NCBI GenBank assembly: GCA_028284185.1 | Contig: JANQSG010000018.1 | Coordinates: forward strand, 53,642-117,641 | From: Kangiella sp. | GTDB lineage: Bacteria; Pseudomonadota; Gammaproteobacteria; Enterobacterales; Kangiellaceae | DNA length: 64,000 bases | Direction of reading: 5' to 3' | Part shown: piece by piece, positions 1-12,616 of the stretch | Numbering within the stretch: the first letter of the stretch is position 1 | Layout: each line of letters opens with the position of its first letter | Notes under the pieces: model-generated | The model's input: only the letters and a program-made list of their open reading frames with translations | Told to the model about the DNA's origin: nothing | Database searches by the model: none | Translations under genes and position numbers: made by a program

Positions 1-620
1 AGACAAAATACCGCAAACCAGGCCACCCAGTATTGATAGTATTCAAATAAATGAAATAAAGTAAAAATAAATGATGACACCAAAATGGCGATTAATTTGC
101 CGTGGTGCTTATTCAAGCTGTCGAAAATCAAGCCTCGAAACAAATATTCTTCGAAAATAGGTGCCAATAAAATAGCCACAATCAGAATAATGCCTTTGCT
201 TAGCCAATTGCCTTTATAGGCCTGTTCAATGGTAAGTTGAATATTTTCCGGCGGTAGGAAAAAGTGTTGTGCAGCCAGAACCAACAAAGCAAAAGCTACT
301 GCGGTGCTTATGCAAACAAGCAGCCATTTAAGATTGGTGCCAAGCGCTGTTTTAAAGTGTTGTTGCCAGTAGTTTTTGCTTAGAGTAACTAACAAGCCAT
401 AACTCACCAATATGGAAAAAAGGACACTAATGGCAATGGTTTGGGGTTTTAACTCCAAATTCTGTACATTTTTGGAGTTAAAAACTTCGGGTTGTAGCGC
501 CAGGGTGGCTATAAGTGATGTCACAATCATGGCAACCAATACCATCAGAGCCAAACCAATGGCCTGGCCTGTTGGTGGAATGGTTCTGAATGATTCAATG
601 GAATCAAAAGAGTTTTGCAT
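1..620 (-). CDS. CPBP family intramembrane glutamic endopeptidase (CAAX protease/Abi-like); the C-terminus runs off the window
   Basis: My reverse-strand translation from the ATG at 620 gives MQNSFDSIESF..., a multi-TM protein with APIFEEYLFRG (EExxxR) and FTLFHL (FxxxH) motifs. The frame is open to base 1. It is missing from the ORF track because it has no in-window stop. Confidence 0.7.
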   Translation of the reverse strand, partial: MQNSFDSIESFRTIPPTGQAIGLALMVLVAMIVTSLIATLALQPEVFNSKNVQNLELKPQTIAISVLFSILVSYGLLVTLSKNYWQQHFKTALGTNLKWLLVCISTAVAFALLVLAAQHFFLPPENIQLTIEQAYKGNWLSKGIILIVAILLAPIFEEYLFRGLIFDSLNKHHGKLIAILVSSFIFTLFHLFEYYQYWVAWFAVFC

Positions 621-817
621 CTTTTTATAAAGATATACGCTAATAGATTGATTTTATAGATAAAACAACTCGATTTATAGGTTTATTCCACAAAAATTAA
701 GCACAAAAAGTTGTTCAAAAGATAGCCAAATATCGGTATGATCCCTGACCCTCGTAAAAGTCCAGAGTTAAGTGTGGATTTAAGCGATTATTAGTTTTAA
801 GTGTTTAGGTTAAATTG

Positions 818-2716
818 ATGCGTTATCCAGAAAGTTATTCGGTGATTATTGTTGGTGGTGGTCATGCTGGTACTGAAGCAGCTTTGGCTTCGGCACGTAT
901 GGGCGTTAAGACGCTATTATTGACCCACAACATCGAAACTTTAGGCCAAATGTCTTGTAACCCTGCCATTGGCGGGATTGGTAAAGGTCATCTAGTTAAA
1001 GAAATCGATGCTTTGGGTGGCGCTATGGCTAAGGCCATTGATTTAAGCGGTATCCAGTTTCGCACCCTGAATGCTTCCAAAGGCCCTGCGGTACGTGCTA
1101 CTCGTGCTCAGGCAGATCGTGCTTTATATAAAGCGGCTATTCGCTCAATGCTGGAAAGTCAGCAGAATCTACAGATCTTCCAAAATGCAGTAGTTGATCT
1201 GATCGTTGAAAAAGAGGGTGATCAGCAAAGAGTTGTTGGCGTTAAAACCCAGATGGGTCTGGATTTTTATGCGGATTCTGTGGTTTTAACGGTTGGTACC
1301 TTCCTCGGCGGTAAAATTCATATCGGGTTGGAAAACCATTCCGGTGGTCGTGCTGGTGATCCGCCTTCCATTGCACTGGCGGAGCGTCTTCGAGCTTTAC
1401 CTTTTAAAGTGGAGCGCTTGAAAACTGGCACTCCACCCAGAATTGATGCTAAATCCGTAGATTTTTCGGTGATGCAGGAGCAGCCGGGCGATACGCCAGT
1501 ACCAACTTTTTCTTTTATGGGTAAAGCGCAAGATCATCCCCAGCAAATCAGTTGCTGGATTACTCATACCAATGAACAGACTCATGAGATCATTCATAGC
1601 GGTCTGGATCGTTCGCCTATGTATTCTGGTGTGATTGAAGGTGTGGGGCCGCGCTATTGTCCGTCGATTGAAGATAAAATTGTCCGTTTTGCCGATAAAA
1701 GCAGCCACCAGATTTTTGTAGAACCCGAAGGTTTAAATAGTGACGAACTCTATCCGAATGGTATTTCTACCAGCTTGCCGTTTGATGTGCAGATGGAGCT
1801 GGTGCGTTCGATTAGAGGCTTTGAAAATGCGCATATTACTCGTCCAGGTTACGCTATTGAATATGATTTTTTCGATCCACGTGATTTAAAAGCTTCTTTA
1901 GAAACCAAATTTGTTAATGGCTTATTCTTTGCCGGACAGATTAATGGTACCACCGGTTACGAAGAAGCGGGCGCGCAGGGCTTAATCGCCGGTATGAATG
2001 CTGCGCTGCAAGCGCAAGGCAAAGATTCCTGGTCGCCGCGCAGAGATCAAGCTTATATTGGGGTTTTGATTGATGATTTGATTACTCGAGGCACTCAAGA
2101 ACCCTATCGCATGTTTACTTCACGTGCTGAATACCGTTTGATCTTGCGTGAAGATAATGCGGATGCGCGTTTAACTGAAAAAGGCCGTGAGCTTGGTTTA
2201 GTGGGTGATGAACGCTGGGCGGTTTTTTCTAATAAAATGGAAGCGATTGAACAGGAATCGAAGCGCTTGGCAGCTTTGGTGGTGCGCCCTGATAGTGAAG
2301 CGGCAAAAGCGCTGAATCAGCAACTACCGGATCCCATTAGCCGCGCTTATAAAGCACAAGAATTATTGCGTCGTCCGGATTTAAGTTATAAAACTCTGGT
2401 CAATTTGCCGGAGTTAGGCCCAGAAGTAGCCGATCCAAAAGTCGCGGAGCAGGTTGAAATTCGGGTTAAATATGCCGGTTATATTGATCGTCAACGAGAA
2501 GAAGTGGAACGCAATCTTCGCAATGAAAATACTGCTTTGCCCGCAGATCTGGATTATTCTCAAGTTAAGGGTTTATCCAATGAAGTGGCGCAAAAACTGG
2601 CGAATATTAAGCCGCAAACTATTGGTCAGGCCGGTCGGATTTCTGGAGTAACACCCGCGGCGATTTCATTATTGTTGGTGTATCTAAAAAAACGTAAACA
2701 CCTAAAAAGTGCTTAA
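818..2716 (+). CDS. mnmG: tRNA uridine 5-carboxymethylaminomethyl modification enzyme MnmG (GidA)
   Basis: [19 protein letters not shown] motif. [24 protein letters not shown] and [13 protein letters not shown] are nearly identical to E. coli MnmG. The ATG at 818 is preferred over the TTG at 815. Confidence 0.97.
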   Translation: MRYPESYSVIIVGGGHAGTEAALASARMGVKTLLLTHNIETLGQMSCNPAIGGIGKGHLVKEIDALGGAMAKAIDLSGIQFRTLNASKGPAVRATRAQADRALYKAAIRSMLESQQNLQIFQNAVVDLIVEKEGDQQRVVGVKTQMGLDFYADSVVLTVGTFLGGKIHIGLENHSGGRAGDPPSIALAERLRALPFKVERLKTGTPPRIDAKSVDFSVMQEQPGDTPVPTFSFMGKAQDHPQQISCWITHTNEQTHEIIHSGLDRSPMYSGVIEGVGPRYCPSIEDKIVRFADKSSHQIFVEPEGLNSDELYPNGISTSLPFDVQMELVRSIRGFENAHITRPGYAIEYDFFDPRDLKASLETKFVNGLFFAGQINGTTGYEEAGAQGLIAGMNAALQAQGKDSWSPRRDQAYIGVLIDDLITRGTQEPYRMFTSRAEYRLILREDNADARLTEKGRELGLVGDERWAVFSNKMEAIEQESKRLAALVVRPDSEAAKALNQQLPDPISRAYKAQELLRRPDLSYKTLVNLPELGPEVADPKVAEQVEIRVKYAGYIDRQREEVERNLRNENTALPADLDYSQVKGLSNEVAQKLANIKPQTIGQAGRISGVTPAAISLLLVYLKKRKHLKSA

Positions 2717-2733
2717 AAATAAAGGTTGTTTAA

Positions 2734-3375
2734 GTGGAGTCACAATTAATCTATCTACGCCAAAGTTTTATCAATAGATGTTCTGAATTAAATATAACTT
2801 TGACAGAAGTAGAAACGGATGCCTTATTGCACTACCTTTCTTTACTGCTCAAGTGGAACAAGGCTTTTAATTTAACCGCCATAACAGATCCCAGAGAGGC
2901 TTTGGATTTACACCTAATAGATTCGGTAGCAATATCGCCTTATATTGAACCATTCAATACTTTGCTGGATGTGGGAACTGGTGGCGGCCTGCCCGGAATT
3001 CCGCTGGCTATTTTAAATCCCGATAAGCAGTTTAGTCTGCTGGATACTAACTCAAAGAAAACCCGTTTTTTAAAACAAACGGTTTATGAGTTGGAATTAA
3101 AAAATGTTGAAGTGGTTAATTCAAGAGTGCAAGACTTTAACCAGGATTCAGGGTATGCTTGCATTCTTTCGCGTGCCTTTGCATCGATTGAGGATATGGT
3201 GGCGTGGACTCAGCACCTGCTGGCGGAACAAGGTCAATGGCTGGCTATGAAAGGAGTTTACCCTATAGAAGAGTTGGCAAAACTGCCAGCCCATATAGTC
3301 TTATCTAATAGTGAAACTATCCAGTTACCCAATCGAAGTGAAGAACGTCATTTAATCTATTTACAAAAACGATAA
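2734..3375 (+). CDS. rsmG: 16S rRNA (guanine527-N7)-methyltransferase RsmG (GidB)
   Basis: LLDVGTGGGLPGIPLAI SAM motif. Conserved position directly after mnmG. GTG start. Confidence 0.92.
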   Translation: MESQLIYLRQSFINRCSELNITLTEVETDALLHYLSLLLKWNKAFNLTAITDPREALDLHLIDSVAISPYIEPFNTLLDVGTGGGLPGIPLAILNPDKQFSLLDTNSKKTRFLKQTVYELELKNVEVVNSRVQDFNQDSGYACILSRAFASIEDMVAWTQHLLAEQGQWLAMKGVYPIEELAKLPAHIVLSNSETIQLPNRSEERHLIYLQKR

Positions 3376-3391
3376 ATCGCACGAGGTTATT

Positions 3392-4159
3392 GTGGCGCGA
3401 GCAAGAGTCATTTCAATTACCAATCAAAAAGGTGGGGTCGGTAAAACCACCACCAGCGTCAATTTGGCAGCATCAATGGCTCAGGAAAACAAAAGAGTCC
3501 TATTGGTTGACCTGGATCCGCAGGGTAATGCCACCATGGGAGTGGGTATCGAGAAAACCGAATTAGAAGTTTCGGTTTACGACGCCTTGATGGATCCCAG
3601 TGAAGCTAAAAGCCATATCACCATTTCAGAAGTTGCTGGTTTTGATGTGTTGCCATCCAATGCGGATTTGACCGCTGCCGAAGTGCACCTTTTGCAATTG
3701 GACGATAAAGAGCGCCGTCTTAAAAAGGTTTTAGCTGAAGTAAGTCATTACTATGATTATGTATTTATCGATTGCCCACCGTCTTTGAATATGCTGACTT
3801 TAAATGCTTTGGTGGCATCTGACTCGGTAATTATTCCGATGCAGTGTGAGTATTATGCACTGGAAGGCCTATCGGCTTTACTTAATACTATTAACCAGGT
3901 GCAGGCACATGTGAATGAAGATCTGGAAATTGAGGGAATTTTGCGTACCATGTATGATCCACGCAATCGCCTGTCGCTGGAAGTATCGCGTCAGTTGTTT
4001 AATCATTTTCCAGATAAGGTTTATCGTACCGTGATCCCAAGAAATGTGCGTTTGGCGGAGGCACCAAGTCATGGAGTTCCGGTATTATTGCACGATAAAC
4101 ACTCTTCCGGTTCGAAAGCCTATATGGCTTTGGCGGGTGAGATTATTCGAAAGCAGTAA
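3392..4159 (+). CDS. parA: chromosome partitioning ATPase ParA (Soj)
   Basis: Deviant Walker A NQKGGVGKTTT, VLLVDLDPQGNAT, and conserved gidB-parA-parB order. Confidence 0.93.
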   Translation: MARARVISITNQKGGVGKTTTSVNLAASMAQENKRVLLVDLDPQGNATMGVGIEKTELEVSVYDALMDPSEAKSHITISEVAGFDVLPSNADLTAAEVHLLQLDDKERRLKKVLAEVSHYYDYVFIDCPPSLNMLTLNALVASDSVIIPMQCEYYALEGLSALLNTINQVQAHVNEDLEIEGILRTMYDPRNRLSLEVSRQLFNHFPDKVYRTVIPRNVRLAEAPSHGVPVLLHDKHSSGSKAYMALAGEIIRKQ

Positions 4160-4179
4160 TTAGGTAAATTTAGCCTGAA

Positions 4180-4251
4180 ACTCCTGCGGAAGCAGGAGTC
4201 CAACAATAGAAATGTAACATGGTTAAGGTGGATCCCTGCTTTCGCAGGGAT
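4180..4251. repeat. Two REP-like hairpins (ACTCCTGC-GGAA-GCAGGAGT and ATCCCTGC-TTTC-GCAGGGAT) in the parA-parB spacer
   Basis: Perfect 8-bp stems read directly at 4180-4199 and 4232-4251. The second hairpin type recurs at 41400-41419, with a decayed copy near 49062-49085. Confidence 0.6.
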
Positions 4252-4275
4252 TTCAAAAACACATGAGATTTAAGT

Positions 4276-5157
4276 ATGAGTAAACCAGGATTAGGAAAAG
4301 GCTTAGACGCATTATTAGGCGGAGCCATTAGCAAGAAGCCTAAGGTGAGTAAAGAGGCTCAACAAGCCGAACAAAATGAGCTGCGTGAAATGCCGGTGGA
4401 GTTTTTGCAGCCAGGCCAATACCAGCCACGTCGGGTAATGACGGAGGAAGGTTTAGACGAATTGGCTGAGTCGATAAAGGCTCAGGGTATGATCCAGCCG
4501 ATTGTGATCCGTCAAATCGGTAAAGACAAATATGAGATTATTGCGGGTGAGCGTCGCTGGCGCGCAGCGCAACGGGCGGGTTTACATCAAATTCCGGTTT
4601 TGCTGAAAGAAGTTCCCGATGAAGCTGCTATTGCCATGGCGCTGATTGAAAATATTCAGCGGGAAGATCTGAATGCAATGGAGGAAGCCTACGCTTTGCA
4701 TCGTCTGATGGAAGAGTTTGCTCTCACGCAACAGCAAACGGCTGATGCGGTGGGTAAAAGTCGTACGACTGTTACAAACCTATTGAGATTATTACAACTT
4801 TCTGAGCACTGCAAAACATTACTCGAGCATGGTGATTTAGATATGGGTCATGCACGTGCTTTATTGTCCTTAGAGCCTTCTATGCAGACGGATACCGCTA
4901 AAGTGGTAGTCGCGAAAGGTTTAACCGTTCGGGAAACCGAAAAACTGGTGCGAAATATCAATGAACCTAAGCCAAAAAAGGCCAAAAAAGACAAAGATCA
5001 CCACATTTTGGCGTTAGAGCAACAATTAGCCGAAAAAATTGGTGCCAATGTGGTGATTGATCACGGCGTTAAGGGCAAAGGCAAAATGGTAATTAATTAT
5101 CACAGCCTGGATGAGCTGGATGGGATCTTACAACATTTAGGTATTTCCAGCGACTAG
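4276..5157 (+). CDS. parB: chromosome partitioning protein ParB (Spo0J)
   Basis: PVEFLQPGQYQPRR, IIAGERRWRAA and a helix-turn-helix segment QQQTADAVGKSRTTVTN. Confidence 0.95.
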   Translation: MSKPGLGKGLDALLGGAISKKPKVSKEAQQAEQNELREMPVEFLQPGQYQPRRVMTEEGLDELAESIKAQGMIQPIVIRQIGKDKYEIIAGERRWRAAQRAGLHQIPVLLKEVPDEAAIAMALIENIQREDLNAMEEAYALHRLMEEFALTQQQTADAVGKSRTTVTNLLRLLQLSEHCKTLLEHGDLDMGHARALLSLEPSMQTDTAKVVVAKGLTVRETEKLVRNINEPKPKKAKKDKDHHILALEQQLAEKIGANVVIDHGVKGKGKMVINYHSLDELDGILQHLGISSD

Positions 5158-5242
5158 AACACAAGGTTTAGTAGTATTAGAAAAACTAATCAATGCCAGC
5201 TAAACCGACTAGAAAAAAAACACCAATGTTACAGTCCTTTGG

Positions 5243-5271
5243 TTGATAAAAGTGTCTTAAATCTTTATACT
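5243..5271 (+). promoter_or_regulatory. Candidate sigma70 promoter for the atp operon (TTGATA-N17-TATACT)
   Basis: The -35 TTGATA at 5243-5248, an exact 17-nt spacer, and the -10 TATACT at 5266-5271, about 100 nt upstream of atpI. Motif match only. Confidence 0.45.
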
Positions 5272-5367
5272 TGCCGCCCGAATGAATGGTGAAAGGCTCT
5301 ATTTTGTGACGTTTTCTCAGAGTTTGGTTTCGATTACAAAAATTAGAGCATTAAGAAAAGGCAAGCT

Positions 5368-5751
5368 ATGAGTCAAACCATAGCCAAAAAGCAACGCCAG
5401 GCAGCCTATAAGATGGTTTTCGTGCAATTAGCCATCAGTGTCATGTTAGGTTTGATCGGATTGTTAATTTCGAAACAAATAGCCCTTTCTTTATCAGTTG
5501 GCGCCCTCATAGTAGTAGTGGCCAACTTTATTTTTGCCAGTATGGTTTTTCGTAAATCGGGAGCGCAAGCAGCAAGTGAAGTGAAAAAATACTTTGCTAT
5601 GGGTGAAAGCCTGAAATTGCTGTTAACCATTGGGCTCTTGATAGCTGTATTTATATTATTACCGGTGCACCCTGCGGCATTACTGATTGGCTACGTCATT
5701 ATAGTGCTATCGCAATGGTTTGCGCCTTGGGTGGTTAAGCCTGATTTGTAA
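5368..5751 (+). CDS. atpI: ATP synthase protein I
   Basis: Small four-TM protein directly upstream of atpB. Call rests on position and hydrophobic profile. Confidence 0.8.
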   Translation: MSQTIAKKQRQAAYKMVFVQLAISVMLGLIGLLISKQIALSLSVGALIVVVANFIFASMVFRKSGAQAASEVKKYFAMGESLKLLLTIGLLIAVFILLPVHPAALLIGYVIIVLSQWFAPWVVKPDL

Positions 5752-5777
5752 TAAGGCAAACAGGTTAAATTGATTAA

Positions 5778-6641
<864 letters not shown>

Positions 6642-6709
6642 TCACTGGTAACGGTTATTAGTAATTTAGGTTTTAGTTTTACTTTTTGTTTTTTACATTT
6701 AACTATTAA

Positions 6710-6997
<288 letters not shown>

Positions 6998-7055
6998 TTC
7001 GATAAAGTTTGGCAGGTTTAACTGTAATTTTGACTAACTAACGGAGGGGCGAAAA

Positions 7056-7526
7056 GTGAATATCAACTTTACCCTATTTATTAATATGATTTTCTTTGTG
7101 GGCTTTGTGTGGTTCTGCATGAAGTTCGTATGGCCACCAATTATGGCGGCTATCAAAGAACGTCAAGATAAAATCGCTGAAGGTTTAGCCGCTTCTGAAA
7201 GAAGTGCTAAAGATCTTGAGTTAGCGCAAGCTAAAGCAGCAGATATGTTACGTGATGCGAAAACTCAATCAGCGGAAATCGTAGATTCAGCAAAAAAACG
7301 TCATGCTGAAATCGTTGACTCTGCTAAGGACGATGCTCGTTCTGAAGCAGACAAGATTAAAAATGGCGCTATGGCTGAAATCGACCAAGAAGTTAATCGT
7401 GCACGCGAACAGCTTCGTTCTAAAGTAGCTACTTTAGCGGTGGCTGGTGCAGAGAAAGTGATTGAGCGTAACATTGACGAAGCAGCTAACAACGACTTGT
7501 TCGACAAGTTAGTGAAAGAGCTATAA
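7056..7526 (+). CDS. atpF: F0F1 ATP synthase subunit b
   Basis: N-terminal TM followed by a long charged Ala/Glu/Lys-rich helix; operon position; GTG start. Confidence 0.92.
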   Translation: MNINFTLFINMIFFVGFVWFCMKFVWPPIMAAIKERQDKIAEGLAASERSAKDLELAQAKAADMLRDAKTQSAEIVDSAKKRHAEIVDSAKDDARSEADKIKNGAMAEIDQEVNRAREQLRSKVATLAVAGAEKVIERNIDEAANNDLFDKLVKEL

Positions 7527-7535
7527 GGAATTATT

Positions 7536-8072
7536 ATGGCTGAGTTGACGACAATCGCACGACCATACGCTAAAGCAGCATTTGAATATGCGCTAGCTAA
7601 CAGCAATGTTGCTGATTGGGCTGACGCATTAGATTTTGCTGCGCAAGTCGCCAGCAATAAAGAAGTTACAGCTGTGATTAGTAACCCTGCCCTTTCTTCT
7701 GAAGAAAAAGGCAATGTGTTATTGAAAATCGGTGAAGGTAAAGTATCGGATAAAGTAGAAAACTTTATTAAGTTACTAGCCCGTAATCATCGTCTTGAAG
7801 CATTACCTGCCATTAAGCAGCGCTTTGAGGTTTTAAAGGCGGAGTATGAGAAGGCTGCGGAAGTTGAAGTTATCTCAGCCAATCCTTTAAGCGATGAGCA
7901 GCTAGCGCGTCTTAATGAAAAGTTGACGACGAAACTTGGTCGCAAAGTAAATATTGAAACTAGAATCGATGCGTCATTAATCGGCGGTTTGGTTATCCGA
8001 GCTAACGACATGGTGATTGACGGATCGGTACGCGGTAAGCTCGACAAGCTTTCCGAAAGTCTAAGAGCTTAA
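7536..8072 (+). CDS. atpH: F0F1 ATP synthase subunit delta
   Basis: [13 protein letters not shown]-terminus typical of OSCP/delta; operon position. Confidence 0.93.
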   Translation: MAELTTIARPYAKAAFEYALANSNVADWADALDFAAQVASNKEVTAVISNPALSSEEKGNVLLKIGEGKVSDKVENFIKLLARNHRLEALPAIKQRFEVLKAEYEKAAEVEVISANPLSDEQLARLNEKLTTKLGRKVNIETRIDASLIGGLVIRANDMVIDGSVRGKLDKLSESLRA

Positions 8073-8086
8073 GTAGAGGAACAGGC

Positions 8087-9634
8087 ATGAGTGTGCAACT
8101 GAATCCATCTGAAATTAGTGAGCTGATTAAAGAGCGCATCGATTCGTTCGAAGTGGTTTCTGAAGCTCGCAACGAAGGTACTATCGTCAGCGTTTCTGAC
8201 GGTATTTTACGTATTCACGGTTTGGCCGACGTAATGGCTGGTGAGATGATTGAATTACCAGGCGGCAAATACGGTATGGCTTTGAACCTGGAGCGTGACT
8301 CTGTTGGTGCGGTAGTGTTAGGTGATTACACCGATATCGTAGAAGGTATGACCGCTAAATGTACTGGCCGTATCTTAGAAGTACCAGTAGGTCGTGGTCT
8401 TTTAGGTCGTGTGGTTGATGCATTGGGTAACCCAATTGATGGTAAAGGTCCCATTGATAACGACGGCTTCTCGCCAATCGAAAAAATCGCGCCAGGCGTT
8501 ATTGAGCGTCAATCAGTAGATCAACCGGTACAAACTGGTATCAAATCTATCGATGCAATGATTCCAGTAGGCCGTGGTCAGCGTGAGTTGATTATTGGTG
8601 ACCGCCAAACTGGTAAAACTGCTATCGCAATTGATGCAATCATCAACCAAAAAGGCACAGGCATTGTTTGTGTTTATGTAGCGGTTGGGCAAAAAGCGTC
8701 AACCATTGCTAACATTGTGCGTAAATTAGAAGAGCACGGCGCTATGGATCACACCATTGTGGTTTCAGCTTCGGCTTCTGATGCGGCGGCATTACAATTT
8801 ATCGCGCCTTTCTCGGGCTGTACCATGGGTGAATACTTCCGTGATCGCGGTGAAGATGGCTTAATCGTTTATGATGACTTGACTAAACAAGCTTGGGCTT
8901 ATCGTCAAATCTCGTTGTTGCTACGTCGTCCACCAGGTCGTGAAGCATATCCAGGTGACGTTTTCTATTTGCACTCACGTCTTTTAGAGCGTGCCTCACG
9001 TGTTAACGCTGACTATGTAGAAAAATTCACTGATGGCACAGTTAAAGGCCAAACTGGTTCTTTGACCGCATTGCCAATCATTGAAACTCAAGCGGGTGAC
9101 GTATCGGCTTTCGTACCAACTAACGTAATTTCGATTACCGATGGTCAGATTTTCCTGGAAACTGACTTATTCAACGCCGGTATCCGCCCTGCGGTTAACG
9201 CTGGTCTTTCGGTATCGCGGGTAGGTGGTGCAGCACAAACCAAGATCGTTAAGAAGCTTGGTGGTGGTGTTCGTTTGGCATTGGCTCAGTATCGTGAATT
9301 GGCGGCTTTCGCTCAGTTTGCATCTGATTTGGATGATGCAACTCGTGCCCAATTAGAGCATGGTCAACGGGTAACCGAATTAATGAAACAGAATCAATAT
9401 GCTCCATTATCGGTTGCTGAAATGGCGGTTTCTTTGTATGCAGCAGAGAAGGGTCATTTACAAGACGTTGAAATCTCTAAAGTTGGTGATTTTGAAGCTG
9501 CTTTGTTGGATTACTTCCGTAACCAACACGGCGATTTGATGAAAGAAGTCAACGACAAGTGTGATTACAACGACGAAGTTGCTGCTAAATTAGAAGAAGC
9601 AGTAACTAAGTTTAAAGCAACACAAACCTGGTAA
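8087..9634 (+). CDS. atpA: F0F1 ATP synthase subunit alpha
   Basis: Walker [10 protein letters not shown], and a conserved stretch from [19 protein letters not shown] onward. Confidence 0.98.
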   Translation: MSVQLNPSEISELIKERIDSFEVVSEARNEGTIVSVSDGILRIHGLADVMAGEMIELPGGKYGMALNLERDSVGAVVLGDYTDIVEGMTAKCTGRILEVPVGRGLLGRVVDALGNPIDGKGPIDNDGFSPIEKIAPGVIERQSVDQPVQTGIKSIDAMIPVGRGQRELIIGDRQTGKTAIAIDAIINQKGTGIVCVYVAVGQKASTIANIVRKLEEHGAMDHTIVVSASASDAAALQFIAPFSGCTMGEYFRDRGEDGLIVYDDLTKQAWAYRQISLLLRRPPGREAYPGDVFYLHSRLLERASRVNADYVEKFTDGTVKGQTGSLTALPIIETQAGDVSAFVPTNVISITDGQIFLETDLFNAGIRPAVNAGLSVSRVGGAAQTKIVKKLGGGVRLALAQYRELAAFAQFASDLDDATRAQLEHGQRVTELMKQNQYAPLSVAEMAVSLYAAEKGHLQDVEISKVGDFEAALLDYFRNQHGDLMKEVNDKCDYNDEVAAKLEEAVTKFKATQTW

Positions 9635-9727
9635 TTTTTTTAAGATCAAGAGCGTTTTTTAAAAGCGTTCTTGGTGCTTAAAGAAAATACCGATTTGTTG
9701 AATTAACAAGACTAACTGGAAAAAAGT

Positions 9728-10588
9728 ATGTCAGGCGCTAAAGAAATTCGTACCAAAATTGGGTCGATTAAAAATACGCAAAAGATTACTTCTGCAATGG
9801 AAATGGTTGCAGCAAGTAAGATGCGTAAAGCGCAAGATCGCATGGCCTCTTCTCGCCCTTATGCTGAGAAGATCCGCAACGTGATCAAGCACATTGCACA
9901 AGGTACTCCAGAATATCGTCACGCTTATATCTCAGAGAGAGACATTAAGCGTGTGGGTTATATCGTTGTTTCAACGGATCGTGGTTTGTGTGGCGGTTTA
10001 AACATTAATTTGTTTAAACGAGCATTAACGGACATGCAAACCTGGTCTGAAAAAGACATCGAAATTGACTTGTGCTTAATCGGCAGCAAAGCAACCGCGT
10101 TCTTCCGTAAGTTCGGAGGTTCAGTAGTTGCGAAAACTTCAAATCTGGGCGATACGCCAGATATTGAAGATCTGATTGGTTCAGTAAAAGTAATGCTTGA
10201 TGCTTATGACGAAGGACGAATTGATCGTTTATTTGTAGTATCCAATGAATTTGTTAACTCTATGACCCAGGATCCAACGGTAGAGCAGTTGTTGCCGTTG
10301 CCCGTGGGCGAAGAAGAAGAGTTAAAGCATCATTGGGATTACATCTATGAGCCAGAAGCGAAGCCGCTTTTGGATAAATTGATGGTTCGTTTCATTGAGT
10401 CTCAAGTGTATCAGGCGGTGGTTGAGAATATTGCTTGTGAGCAAGCAGCGCGTATGGTGGCGATGAAAGCCGCTTCCGATAACGCTGGTGATTTGATTGA
10501 TGATCTTGAGTTGGTTTACAACAAAGCTCGTCAGGCAGCAATTACTCAAGAATTGGCAGAAATTAGTGCGGGTGCGGCAGCAGTATAG
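9728..10588 (+). CDS. atpG: F0F1 ATP synthase subunit gamma
   Basis: [37 protein letters not shown]-terminus and [14 protein letters not shown]-terminus. Confidence 0.97.
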   Translation: MSGAKEIRTKIGSIKNTQKITSAMEMVAASKMRKAQDRMASSRPYAEKIRNVIKHIAQGTPEYRHAYISERDIKRVGYIVVSTDRGLCGGLNINLFKRALTDMQTWSEKDIEIDLCLIGSKATAFFRKFGGSVVAKTSNLGDTPDIEDLIGSVKVMLDAYDEGRIDRLFVVSNEFVNSMTQDPTVEQLLPLPVGEEEELKHHWDYIYEPEAKPLLDKLMVRFIESQVYQAVVENIACEQAARMVAMKAASDNAGDLIDDLELVYNKARQAAITQELAEISAGAAAV

Positions 10589-10620
10589 CTTAATCCCCCT
10601 TTTGGCAATTGAATAGTTAA

Positions 10621-12036
<1,416 letters not shown>

Positions 12037-12091
12037 GCAACTCTTGTAAAAGAAGTTGTTCAGATAGATCCCATAAAGGGGATTTATAAAT

Positions 12092-12517
12092 ATGGCTATG
12101 ACAGTACATTTAGACATTGTTAGTGCAGAGAGTGAAATTTTCTCAGGTCGCGTAGAGCGTTTGATTGCTACCGGCGACCTGGGAGAGTTAGGTGTTGAGC
12201 CCGGTCATGCTCCCTTATTAACTTCGTTAAACCCTGGTCCAATTAAAGTAACTATGGCTGGTGGTGAAGAAGAGTTCTTCTACGTATCGGGTGGCATGTT
12301 GGAGGTGCAACCTCATCAAGTAACCGTATTAGCGGATACAGCGGTTCGCGCTGAAGATGTTGATGAAGTAAAGGCCATTGAGGCAGAAAAGCAGGCCCGC
12401 GAAGCTCTAGCCGATCAAAGTTCTGAAATTGAATATTCAAAAGCTGCAGCAGAACTGGCAGCAGCAGTTGCCCAGCTTAGAACCTTGCGTTCTATTAAGA
12501 AAAAAGCTGGTAAGTAA
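12092..12517 (+). CDS. atpC: F0F1 ATP synthase subunit epsilon
   Basis: Last gene of the operon, with a typical LDIVSAE...IFSG N-terminus. Confidence 0.95.
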   Translation: MAMTVHLDIVSAESEIFSGRVERLIATGDLGELGVEPGHAPLLTSLNPGPIKVTMAGGEEEFFYVSGGMLEVQPHQVTVLADTAVRAEDVDEVKAIEAEKQAREALADQSSEIEYSKAAAELAAAVAQLRTLRSIKKKAGK

Positions 12518-12554
12518 CTGATTTTCAGTGAAAAAGCATGAAAATATTGATTTA

Positions 12555-12580
12555 AGGGTAGCTCTTGCTGCCCTTTTTTA
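12555..12580 (+). terminator. Candidate rho-independent terminator after atpC
   Basis: GGGTAGC-TCTT-GCTGCCC stem (one mismatch) followed by a T6 run. Confidence 0.5.
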
Positions 12581-12616
12581 TTATGGTTTAGGCAGTTTTA
12601 GTAAGGAAATTATTCA

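Noticed and set aside
412-630. 72-aa plus-strand ORF in the track
   Set aside because: It lies antisense within the better-supported minus-strand CPBP protease gene (1-620) and has no recognisable motif.
621-817. Possible oriC next to mnmG (gidA), as in E. coli and Vibrio
   Set aside because: I found only two 7-of-9 DnaA-box-like sites (TATTCCACA near 685 and TGTGGATTT near 772) and a single GATC in about 200 bp. There is no AT-rich 13-mer array. That is too weak to call an origin.
1397-1708. This and similar shadow ORFs inside strongly supported genes: 2454-2651, 3878-4072, 5406-5630, 5830-6234, 7301-7714, 7787-8047, 9167-9352, 9731-9922, 10322-10549, 10796-11005, 11857-12117, 12252-12440, 13321-13527, 13765-14023, 14487-14762, 16788-17307, 19695-20042, 23139-23381, 24863-26420, 28667-29415, 29660-30153, 35184-35405, 36525-36965, 39322-40630, 40841-41101, 42056-43672, 44209-48731, 49451-49720, 51624-52678, 53078-55649, 56447-56662, 57083-57295, 58117-58299, 58480-58692, 60092-60274, 61612-63323
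   Set aside because: All overlap, out of frame or antisense, genes that have clear family motifs. Their products are low-complexity and lack motifs.
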